Shown here piece after piece: positions 51,068 to 62,544 of a stretch of DNA of 64,000 nucleotides. This stretch comes from Octopus vulgaris. Lineage: Eukaryota. The notes under the pieces are model-generated. The model worked only from the letters and a program-made list of their open reading frames with translations. It was not told the origin of the DNA and made no database searches. Both the position numbers and the translations under genes were made by a program. Positions within the stretch are counted from its first letter, which is position 1, and each line of letters opens with the position of its first letter. The stretch covers positions 34,906,001 through 34,970,000 of the forward strand of contig OX597829.1 of NCBI GenBank assembly GCA_951406725.2, read 5' to 3'.

Positions 51068-52374
51068 TTTCTAGTTGATCTTAACACTACTCATATGCTT
51101 ATCTCAAAGCTTAAACCATGCTGTGAACGAATGGTGAAATCGCTAATGGCTCAGGAACTTGACCTTTCCTGAAGGACCGTATTCCTCACCACTAGGAGGC
51201 TGAATAATACTTGCAATTCTAGAGATAATACACGAAACCAAAGCTGCGATCGCAGGTCGTACTCGGGCATTGGGCCGAAAAAAGGGGTTCGACAGTCACC
51301 TCGGTCTCTCATCGTCGGCGCCTGTTCGGCGGACAAGTGCTACAGTGCGGTTAACCTTCACAATGATGGGCCGCCACAGCAGTCGTCGCACTCGCGACTC
51401 GTGGCGGCGTCACACCCTTCGAGTTTTGGTGATTGGGTAACTGTCAGTACGAGCGTACAAGTTAGAATCGAGTAGATTTCGCTCGACGAGCCCTCGTGAG
51501 TCTGCAATGTCAAACTTTCAGCGACTTACATGTGCCAACAGTGATGGAAATATGTGACGGGAATTTAGGGTTTGAATCCAGAGAGGGAGAAAGCAAAACG
51601 GTGACTATATCCAACGAAGGCAACAACAGCGTGAATTATCCACGAGTGGTACGGGGAGATAGTAACAAAAAATAACGGTGCCGGACTCTTTCGAGAAGTC
51701 GCAGTCGGAAAGTGGCCGTAGGGCAAGTCTGATACCAGCAACCACAGTAATTCCAGCTCCAGTAGCTTTCATTAAAATTGTTGCGTTTGAAAATCTCGAA
51801 ATCGGAATGCGGGTCTCTAAAATGTGTTCCAGCACGTCTGAGAGCGACGTCGTCATCTTAGGCGCACGTCACGCTGTCCGCTTTGTTTGTCTACTTGTAA
51901 TCCTGGACATATTCGCCAGTGCGTGTGTGGGCAGACCACAGAGCTCTGTGTACATCATTGCGTCGGTTGTGTCCACCGTTAGCTTTCCGTGGCGGTCGGT
52001 TGCCGGCTCCGCTTGCTCGCATCGGCGGGATAAGGTTTCGGCTGCCCTGCAGTCTTGCACCCAATTCATAGTTGTTTCAGCTTCTTCAGAGGGCTCTCTT
52101 TCACCGAGTGTCCGAGCAGCTTGTATAATTACTGTGAAAAAATTAGATTGCTCAGAGCGTGTCTGATCAACCTGACGCACAGCACTGAAGGCAAGTGACA
52201 AACGAGTTTACTTTGATCAAAAGTGAAAGTCAGAAATTCGAAGGCGATCAGATACCGTCGTAGTTAGGACCGTAAATGATGCCGACTAGCGCTTCGCCGG
52301 CGTTCATTTTGCTGAAACGGTAAGAAGTCCGTGTGGGAAAACACAGTCAGTTCTGAGGTGGGTATGGTCGAAAG
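51068..52374 (+). pseudogene. Degenerate, 3'-truncated 18S rRNA pseudogene
   Basis: Colinear decayed SSU landmarks: CTAGTTGATC..TCATATGCTTATCTCAAAG (5' end), AATTCTAGAGATAATAC, TCCAGAGAGGGAG, GGGCAAGTCTGATACCAGCAACCACAGTAATTCCAGCTCC, GAAAAAATTAGA, GAAGGCGATCAGATACCGTCGTAGT, GTATGGTCGAAAG. Internal deletions; long GC-rich V2 and V4. Confidence 0.93.
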
Positions 52375-52379
52375 AGATC

Positions 52380-53485
52380 TGTCCCTGAAAGGAAGATGGT
52401 GAATGCCTGTATCATTTTCGTTATTGTGTACCACCTGACTCTCCTGCCTTACTCCAGCCATCACCTAATCAAATTTTAGCGTCTGTTAATTAACTTATTG
52501 TGGAAAGGACACATTCCACTAGACGGGCGGTTCATCAGCTGACAACACTTTCTGCATGGCGGCTTAAGCACGCCTTGATGGCTGATGCACAGGCATGCGC
52601 TGAAGTTGCACCTTCAGTAGAAAAAATGTCGATGGTGAATGGTTTTGGATCGTGTTTGTGAGGCACGCCTTTGAGCATCTCCTCAATGGAGCTGCAGTCT
52701 GTTAGGGAAGAGCAAAAACCAAGATGAGGAGCTCGGAGGCTAAAATGTTTTAATCGTCCTCTACAAGGGAGGTAACAGGATCGGTGCCTGTTCCATTGTA
52801 GTTGTTTATAGAGGTTTAATGGCGGAAAAAAAGTGATGACGTTTTCGAGGAAACTGAGTGTCAAACGAAAATGCAGTTTAGTTTGTTTGGGAGAACTTTT
52901 GGATTGGCGATCATTATCGATAACATTCAGAAGTCATTGATCATGCACTACTACCGAGGGGCTCAACTTTACGAGATAAACTTTACGGGCATGAAAGTGC
53001 CGTTAAACCGGCTTATCTGAGATGAAACCGTCTTGTACGCATTTATTCAACTCCCTGGTATTTCTGACATGTGGAGTTGTGTCGAACAACTGTTCGCGTG
53101 TGAGACGGGACGGACCGTCAGTCGAGTCTACCATGTTGATTACTCTATCACTTCCCTTTAAATGAGTAAGAGAAGAAGCAGTTTTCCTTTCTATGCTGTC
53201 TGTAACGAAAGACATTCTATAATGGAACACGTTCGAAATGTTTGACACCAGAGATGTTCGTTTTTGGTAAAACCCACATCGACTTTTTCAAGTTTCACTT
53301 AGGAGTGGAGAAACGGATGCTGAATGAATTAAGTGAAAGTGATGAAGATGGTAAGAGTGGTGTAATCTTTCTAAGTGTGTCTGCAAGTCAGAGAATGACA
53401 TTGCAGTGTCCAAAGGGATATTGAATCTTTGAGGTTCTTTGATTAGCTCTAGATGGAGGACTGAATAATTACCATCAGCATTCAT
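52380..53485 (-). pseudogene. Possible decayed protein-coding sequence of unknown family
   Basis: ORFs 53288-53485, 53003-53248 and 52535-52864 share one frame: 317 codons with 3 internal stops. No motif recognised. Confidence 0.35.
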
Positions 53486-53508
53486 TATTTGTACGCCATG
53501 TATACTGG

Positions 53509-54020
53509 TACGATGTGCGTTCCAAAAGTCGCGAGCCTTTTTTTTTGAGAGGCCATTATAACCCTCCTAGATTATTGTAATTTTAGAATATCATTACTAT
53601 ATAAGAAGCTGATCTGCCATTCCAGATTGATGGAAACGGCTGTAACAGCACTTTGAACATAGCCTACTAAACATTATTTGTCACAGTTGACTAGTTTTAC
53701 AGAACGTGGTCGGGACGAGAAGACAATTTAGAAGCTCGTTATGCAATAAAGTTCTGTTTAACAGGGCAAAAATGCTACAGAAACTTAGATTGCTTATATA
53801 TTAACTTGTATGGCACAAGAAGTCAAGCAAAGTGAGCCTACGGAGAAGCACATCTTGGTACCCCTTTTCGACAGCAAGGGCATTATTTACCCCCACTGAG
53901 TTCTCACTGGCCAGACAGACAACAAGTTTTGAAGGGGTTCAGAAAGAGATTTTGCCGCAAAAGTTCGGAGCTCTTGCACCAGAACAATGTATATTTCCTT
54001 GACAGAAATGGGCATTACAC
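53509..54020 (+). mobile_element. Internally deleted mariner remnant
   Basis: TA|CGATGTGCGTTCCAAAAGT TIR-like. EARYAIKFC..GKNATET, PFFDSKGII, LHQNN. Confidence 0.7.
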
Positions 54021-55200
54021 AGTCACAAATTTCACAATTTTTTTTTCAAAATTTCATATTTCATTTCGTAGATATATGTGGTGTATGTCAGTATGTATGT
54101 ATGCGAACCCTGCCAATTTCTTTTCATATTGAATTCTGATATAATCGTAATCTTCATAATCTGAAATATATTTGGAGAAAACTTCATAAAAAAATACTTA
54201 TTTTTCTGAAATTATGAGGAAATATAGCCGAGTTGTGTGAATTTTCCGAATATCCTCCGAGGAAAAATATTTTTCACAATAATTTTCTGATATAATCAGA
54301 ATCTACGCCACACACACACACACACACAACATAGCAAACCAAGAGATATATTCAATGAGAATACAGTATACTGAATTTCGAGTAAGTGTTCTTGCTAGGG
54401 TAATGTCTAAAACATTAAAGGTGAAACGAACTTATGTGTGTGAATATCCTCGTGCACTTTTGGGGTGCACAAAGCTATCACTCTCACTAGCCGTTGCTTT
54501 AATAATCCAGATTCTCTACAAGTCAGAAACAACAAGACGCAGACGTAAAATATATATAACTACTCTATTCTCTTTCTTGGTAACAATAACAATAAGTGTG
54601 TTATCTGATGTCCTTGATTCTGGGCGCGCAAGGCTGAAAGTTAATAGATTGTAATATTTACAATGTCCAGCCGCTAAACCAGAAAGGGGTCAAGATGGCG
54701 TCGAACAGGGAAGTTGAATGTGGTCGGCAACAATTTGGTTAAAGGCATTCGGCCGACTGCTGCTATCAACCGGAGAGAAAATATATCGTGACCGCCGCCT
54801 TCAATCGCTGGGTCCCAAGTCCCCGATGACTGCTGCTAGTGGTCAAACGTTCTACGATCCCCCTGCCTTGGCCAGGGTCGTGCTTCCGGTGGTTCGCGCA
54901 TGCGCGAGAGGGCCCTTCCTTTCTGTGCCTTGGTAAAGGCACCAACACGCGCGAAATACAAATGGACGGTGCGCGAGCGCGCACCGCTATAGGGTCACTA
55001 CAAAGGTATTTAGACATTTAATAAGAGCTAATATATATTATAAAGTAAGAGCGGGAAAGATTACATTAAAAAGAAGATATACGGTCAAAATAATATTGTA
55101 TTAATAGATAGATAGATGTTGTTTAAAAAACTTTTAAACAACATCTTTTTCATATATCTTAAAATAGCATTCGATTGACTACACGGAAATTCACACTTTT

Positions 55201-55273
55201 TCTCTCTGACGAGTGGATGTATTACCTAATAATGATTATCAGTTTTAGATTCCTGTTCGAAACGGTCATAAGA
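55201..55273 (+). ncRNA. Hammerhead-ribozyme-like motif with long stem II loop
   Basis: CTGACGA-G (55206-55213) ... C-GAAAC-G-GTC (55258-55267). Stems I and II are only partly paired. Confidence 0.5.
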
Positions 55274-55522
55274 TATTTTAAACTTCTTAAATAATCATAC
55301 TTTATATATTTATATATCTATCTATTAATACAATATTATTTTGGCCGTATATCTTCTGCGATGATTTTTTAATGTGATTTTTTCCTGCTCTTACTTTATA
55401 ATATATATATATATAATTAGATAGATACACACACATACACATATATACATACATGCATACATACATACATACATACATACATACATACATACATACATAC
55501 ATACATACATACATACATACAC

Positions 55523-55580
<58 letters not shown>

Positions 55581-55824
55581 GCACATACATATATATGTAA
55601 TTTTTGGGACTAATGGGTATATGTCAATTAGTGTGTTGAGTAAAGCACGTTCTTAGTTTGGGCTACCTGGTGTCATCCACGGTTGGGTGTATTTCCGCTG
55701 GATTTACTTCAGGAATTCCGCAGTGTTAGTTGAGATAATAATAAAAGATAGATTTGGCATTAGTCTTTATTCAGTATGACGATCGTTTCGACCTCTCCTG
55801 CGACTATCCTTTATGAGTGGGATG

Positions 55825-55889
<65 letters not shown>

Positions 55890-56367
55890 CGTGTGTGTGC
55901 GTGCGTATGTGCGTGCGTGTGTGTTTGTGTGTGTGTGTGTGTGTATGTGCATCTATGCGCCTGCACATCTGCTCATGTTAGCAAGTGTAGTCTACCCGTC
56001 TTCAAACTTCATGGAATCTAATCTTTCTTTAACGTGTCTCTATTTTGTCTTGTACATTTTTTCCTACATTTTTTTATAGTTTATATTTTTATGTTAACAA
56101 TTATTTTGTTTGACTATTCATTATATGGACAACTGTAGCTTGCTCTATTTGCTAGGTTTTAACCATGGAACAGCGAGCAATCATCAACATGATTGAGAGA
56201 ACTCAATATATTTTGCGCGACATGACTTTATGTATGCATATAGCTGATGTGACTCAGACTGTACCAATCGATGCAGTTGGATGCACAATATCCCACCCAT
56301 AAAGGACAGTCGCGGGAGGGATCGAAACGATCGTCGTACTGAATAAAGACTTCCGTTTCGTTCATCA

Positions 56368-56505
<138 letters not shown>

Positions 56506-57702
56506 TCTATGTTTGACTTTTGCTTTATGTCTGTACAAGTTGGCTCCAAGTCTCACCCAGAGACCTCAAGAGACAACAGGTTAGAAGTTCTGTGCCATAT
56601 ATTTGGTTTTTTTAAAAAATTTTTTGGAGTTGTACTAGTGAATGTCTAATATATAAAAATAAAAAATTAAAAAAAAAAAAAAGTTTGTTTTAAACTTGGG
56701 ATTACATAGAGAGTATTTTGCGTAGGATATGAGCAGTTCCCATGAGCACTATCTTTTGAATTTCTGCCATTTTTGGGTTTCCTGGTATCTGAGTTAGGTA
56801 GCTATCAGCCCCTTTTTTCTATCATTCCCAGGGCACCTATGACAACAGGTATTGTTTTAGTCTTCAGGTTCCACATTTTGCTGATTTCTATTTCAAGATC
56901 TTTATATTTGCTCAGTTTTTGGTAGGTCTTGACAGATACATTTATATCGATTGGGAGAGTCATATCAATGAGGAGGCATGTTCTTTGTTTGAAGTCTTTC
57001 AATATGATGTCTGGCCTATTTGCATCTATCTTTCTGTCAGTTTGAATGGTGAAGTTCCAGAGGAGTGAGATGTGGTCATTTTCAAGCACTGGGGGTGGTT
57101 TGTGTTCCCACCAGTTTTTTACATGGGGCAAATCTAGGTTTTTGCAGATTACCCAGTGAATATATTGTGCAGCTCTATCGTGTCTGTTGAGATACTCTGT
57201 AGGCGCTAGAAGCCTGCACTTGGAGACCACATGGTCAATGGTTTCATTTTGTTGCTGGCATACACGACACGTTGGACTGCTTCTGATCTTTAATATGTTG
57301 GCCTGGTAGTTTCTTGTTGGTAGGCATTGATCTTGAGCTGCTATGATAAACCCCTCTGTTTCAGATTTTAAGCCAGAGGCCATTAGTCATTGATGGGTCA
57401 GGGCTTTGTCAACATCTGCATTATTTGCTCTCTTTGGGTATTTGCCATAGAGAGGTTTTTCTTGCCATTTATCATTCAGAATATCTAAGGCCGCAGATTT
57501 AGCACGGGTTTTCATGCGCTTAGCTTTTTCTGTGCCTGTTTCTTGTATGTCTATCTCTAATTCCGAAATTTGTTGTAGTCGGAATTCACTTAGATATTCC
57601 TTTGCCTGTTTTGTTACTGAGTATGATGCTTTCTTGTTTTCATGTTTTGAGACAAGTTTTAACATCCAGTCCTTTAACATCCAGTCCTTTAACATCCAGT
57701 CC
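56506..57702 (-). mobile_element. 5'-truncated Dong/R4-clade non-LTR retrotransposon (CCHC finger plus restriction-like endonuclease)
   Basis: ETEGFIIAAQDQ, CRVC...ETIDHVVSKC, YLNRHD, NRPDIIL..CLLID, KLSKYKDL, PVVIGALG. Flanked on both sides by TAA/TTA repeats. Confidence 0.93.
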
Positions 57703-57771
<69 letters not shown>

Positions 57772-57797
57772 TATATTTATTATTATTATTATTATTA

Positions 57798-57874
<77 letters not shown>

Positions 57875-57880
57875 TGTTAT
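57703..57880. repeat. (AAT)n/(TTA)n/(ATC)n compound microsatellite
   Basis: Seen directly. Confidence 0.95.
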
Positions 57881-57884
57881 TATG

Positions 57885-58212
57885 TGATAGAGCGGTGCAT
57901 GCCACCAAAGTGACACTGCGGTACAAATATACGAAGCCCAGTATACCCATCATGACTACCCGTCTGATAAGGGTACACTAGGCACATGCATCACAACTAT
58001 ACGTGCGCGACATGGTGATCTCATATCAAGATAAACAGCGCATCACATTGCAGGTGGGGGCCCAGTCAGAATTTTCTTCTGGTCGAGTAACCCATCCCGC
58101 TCAAAAGTTCCCTGAATAAGGTCTGTTTAAGATTGTTGAACGAAGCACCCATGTTTCCAGAAGTGAATTATTCAAACCCCAAACAATCCCTCTCAACACA
58201 TGGCTATGATGC
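57885..58212 (-). mobile_element. Truncated non-coding retroposon (copy of 61960-62519)
   Basis: Highly similar to 61965-62292. Confidence 0.8.
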
Positions 58213-58321
58213 TTGATCTTGTGCAGCTACTAACAAACTTTCAGTCTCCCTTTTCAGCTTCCCTTTCTGCACCATAGTCATGTCTCACAACTACTATTTG
58301 TTGCAACTATCATTGGGAATC

Positions 58322-58746
58322 TACCTATTTCTTTACTACCCACAAAATGGGGTAAACACAGAGGAGACAAACGAGGACAGACAAACGGATTAAGTCGAAT
58401 ACATCGACCCCAGTTGGGTAACTGGTACTTATTTAATCGACCCCGAAGGGATGAAAGGCAAAGTCGACCTCGGCGGAATTTGAACTCAGAACGTAACGGC
58501 AGACGAAATACCTATTTCTTTGCTACCCACAAGGGGCTAAACACAGAGAGGACAAACGAGGACAGACAAACGGATTAAGTCGATTACATCGACCCCCAGT
58601 GCGTAATTGGTACTTATTTAATCGACCCCGAAGGGATGAAAGGCAAAGTCGACCTCGGCGGAATTTGAACTCAGAACGTAACGGCAGACAAAATACGGCT
58701 ACGAATTTCGCCCGTCATGCTAACGTTTCTGCCAGCTCGCCGCCTT
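58322..58746 (-). mobile_element. SINE family B with tandem duplication of its 3' ~185 bp
   Basis: CCTATTTCTTT..TACCCACAA...CAGAACGTAACGGCAGAC occurs twice (58323, 58511); single head at 58746. Confidence 0.9.
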
Positions 58747-58929
58747 ATTGGGAATCTACCATGCAACGCCTTCTCTTGCCAGTCAGATAATTTCTGTAGT
58801 TTTTTTTGGTTTTTAACTTCGTTTGGGTTTTTGTTTTCTCTATGTCTTGCTGTGACTCTAGCAACTTTTAATAAGCTCTCTCTTCACTGTTACCTACATG
58901 GGAGTCTACTCTAGGTAAACCCACGCCGT

Positions 58930-59385
58930 CTTCTACTGATATTAACACTCTTCAGTCTTCCTTACTAGGTAAGTATAACCTTGCTACTCCTGCCTTTTGG
59001 TGGAGTCCTCCATTCATATTGAATTCCTTCCCTAATTCTTCTGCCTAGCTCTGCTAATTCAGTTTTTGTTCAATCTACAAAACCTGCCGAGTATCTGTGT
59101 AATGATACAGCCTTCACTAGATTCAGACCATATAGCTTTGATTTCATTAGCTTCCCCACCCTTGTGATGTACTCCGTCTCAATTTTCGTTTTCATTTTTG
59201 TAGTTAGAACTCTGTCAGATTCGACTACCTGTCCCCTTCTCATGACTAATATTGCATATTATCGGTGCCAAACTCCATGCCTATATCTTTGCTGAAGAGT
59301 CTTACGGTCTGTATTAAGGTATCGGTCTCTTTCTCACTCTTACTAAAAAGATTCAGATCATCCATTATTATTGTTTTTGTTGTTG
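58930..59385 (-). mobile_element. Dong/R4 RT fragment abutting (TTA)n
   Basis: MDDLNLFSKSEKETDTLIQTVRLFSKDIGMEFG. Confidence 0.8.
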
Positions 59386-59391
59386 TTGTTA

Positions 59392-59450
<59 letters not shown>

Positions 59451-59989
59451 GTGTGTGTGTGTGTGTGCGTGCGCGCGCGCGTGTCTGACTGTGTATATGT
59501 GGAATAAATCCATTGCAAAACTAGAAACCCTTCCGTATCGTTAGCATGTATCTCAGAATCACAAACTTTTCGTCCCTTAGCCTGTACGCTTTGCCTGAGT
59601 GGGGCAGTGAGGACTGAACTGGCCTTCACCTACAGCAGGGTTTCACCTGCGGTCGCTTTTCAAGCAAAGCCACTTTGAGCTGTTTTCTGCTGTCATGCCT
59701 ATTTCCTTGATGGCTTTCTCCAGTTGTCTAGGTTCCAGACTTGTGTTCTGCAGGAAGTACCACACTAATCTAGATGGAAAGCCACGACAGCTAACTTCGA
59801 TAGGGAATGAGGCCGCTTGTCATCATAGCTTGATAAGGGCCTCGTCAACTCATTCCTGATATATTTTTTTTTTACCTGGTGGGAAGGATCGAGCCTGTCC
59901 TCTCAGGGCATTGTTAATTCGACCAAAATATGTCTGGTTGGAGTGATGTTACCACTATCTTCTCTGGAACGATTAGTCCACCCCTCAGG

Positions 59990-60490
59990 ATCACTTGCAT
60001 CTTCCAGTTTGAGGCTGAACGCAAAATAGAAAACGAGTTCCCTACTACTGCTTATCCTTGGGAGCCTAGTCGCCTTCCTTTAGGAATTTGATACCATTTG
60101 ATGGTGGCTGGTGTTTATTAGCCTTCACCCTTTTGTAGGACTATGAGTAGAGTCATTGGTTGGATACGAAATCCAACCAATGACTCTACTCAGAAACTGG
60201 GATGCATCTTGTCACTCATATGATTCAGGAGCGCCAGGTCAGACTGTTTGGCCATATTGCTCGATTTGTCGAGTCAGACTCTACTTACCGTGTTCTCTTT
60301 ACTGAAGATCCAGTTCAGTTGACACCTCATACAAGTTGATCACATGTCACATGTTTACGGAAGATGAGGAGGCATCTCGCAAAGATGGAAACGAACTGGG
60401 ACTCTGCTCGACTGGTTGTCTGGGATGATCCGGCAATATACCGACAAATGGTGAATGCAGCTACACCCACATAGCAACGGCGCATGTCCT
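59990..60490 (+). mobile_element. Old RTE-like LINE 3' fragment
   Basis: SNQ*LYSETG...IQERQVRLFGHIARF...RVL. Confidence 0.6.
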
Positions 60491-61959
60491 CATACTTGAC
60501 CCGACCTTTGCAGATAAGTCCACTTGGCAATTTCTTCAAGAATCTTATCATGTCTCTACTTGTATGGGCCTTCTCCCAGCGCCTTAAGGCATCCAGTCAA
60601 AATGTGGTTCAAGGTGCAAAGAGTTGTTCTACACTGCTTTTTCTTTATCCCATGTTTTATGGTTATTTGGGGGTTGGCAAGAGGCCAGCGACAGCACGAA
60701 GGAGGAAGGAAATCTCCCTTGGCCAGTCGTTCAGTTCTTTCCAGGACTGGGCGCTCGAGTGCTTGGTCCCACTATATCCATTGACCTGGTGGGCACGCCC
60801 TACAGCCCTCAATCGGCGATCCTCTTCTGTTGAATCACAGATAGTTTTCTACGAGCTCTCCCCTGGCCCTGGTATTGGTGTTTTTCCGTCTCTTGGTACT
60901 GAAATTGCCAAGTGCTAGTTGTCCTTGATAGACTACACTAACAATCTTCTGGTATTTCCAGTATGTCTCTGCATCCTTCACAACTTTCTGGGTGTTTCTA
61001 TTTTCTGCCACACTTTATGGTCTTGGTGTGTTTGACATTCTCATCTTCAGACAAAATCAACATGATGATTGGTCTTGCCTTTGTGGCTTTAAATTCTTCC
61101 GTCACTGATTAAATTAGTAGGCGGAGATTAGAGGTCTTGCTGTACAGATTGACTGAGCTGAAAGATGGGGAAATGCTCTGTTACCATCACATGAATTTAT
61201 TGCACAGCCTCTCCATTGCCTCTACTCCAGTCATGGCAAAGTCTGAAGCCAAAATGGTCACCGTTGTCTAGGTATTATGCAATACCGGAAGCGCAATACT
61301 TTGAATCTCTCAAGAAGCTGGTTTCTATCAAATGCCCGTAGCTTGTTGTCTAGTGGGGGTTTGGTGTCTTCGGCAATGTCAATATCCTTAATTTTTCTCA
61401 AGGCAATCTTTTTCAATGGATTGTCGAAAACCCAGATCCCTGAATGCTGAAAGTGTCATTTGTCAGCTTTCGTTTAAGAATATTCAGGTTCTGAGATTCC
61501 ACTGGATTGAACTTCAACCGTGACCATGTGGCCATATTTTCCTGCGAGCTCAGTGTCCGCTATTTTCCTTTGATTGATGGTGTTATAACCGTTATGAAGT
61601 CCATGAACGCTATACTTTCCGTCAGTTTCGGAATCGCGATTGCTTCCCTTCTACCTCTAGTAGAAGGCTTATGGCTGCCACAAAATAGCACCACCGAAAT
61701 TGTGCACTCTGCTATAATGTCCTTTCCCAATCGTTGACATTTAGAAGTGAAATTTTCCACGCTCATCCTCATCTTCAGCGAATCCAAGTGGGACATTATG
61801 ACTACTTCTGCTGGTACTTGGTTACGCTTTGGTAAGATCCAGCCATACATGGGAGAGTGAGTCGTTCTTCTATTACTTCTTTAATGATATGGCTGATTGC
61901 TGATATTTGTTCGAAGCATCCAGAGTAGCCTGGAACCCCTCTTTCTCATCATCATCATT

Positions 61960-62519
61960 ATTGAGTGAGAGAGCAGTGCATGCCATCAAAGTGACACTTG
62001 GGTAAAATATACGAAGCCCAATATACCCATCATGACTACCCGTATGATAAGGGTACACCAGGCACATGCATCACAACTATACGTGCGCGACATGGCGATC
62101 TCATATCAAGATAAACAGCACATGACCTTGCAGGTGAGGCCCAGTCAGAATTTTCTTCTGGTCGAGTAACCCATCCCGCTCAAAAGCTTCCTGAATAAGG
62201 GTTGTTTAAGGACGTTGAACGAACCACCCATGTTTCCAGAGGTGAATTATTCAAACCTCTAAGAATCCCTCTCAACACATGGCTATGATGCTCCCCCACT
62301 ACTCCGGCTCGTGATCAGGGATGCACATATCGTCAACCACTAAGGGACATTCTCAACTGGTTACGGTCAAACAACTGACAAGCAAATCTGTGGTAATGAG
62401 TAGAATATTTGCTGTAGCCCATCTTTTATACCAAGACTAAACAATGTACATGATAACACTTTCAATCAGTTAAGATCAGAAGCCACGAAAGTCACTGCTT
62501 GGTACTGCATCAGGGCATT
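61960..62519 (-). mobile_element. ~560-bp non-coding retroposon within (ATC/ATT)n microsatellite
   Basis: Three copies in the window. Both ends abut ATC/ATT repeats. No ORF and no clear tRNA A/B boxes. Confidence 0.7.
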
Positions 62520-62544
62520 CATCATCATCATCATCATCATCATT

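Noticed and set aside
51605-52201. ORFs 51678-52166, 51605-51856 and 51869-52201
   Set aside because: They overlap the 18S pseudogene and are spurious GC-rich frames.
61000-61860. Possible LTR-retrotransposon gag/RT remnant on the minus strand (YLDN)
   Set aside because: Only a single weak motif; cannot be supported without a profile search.
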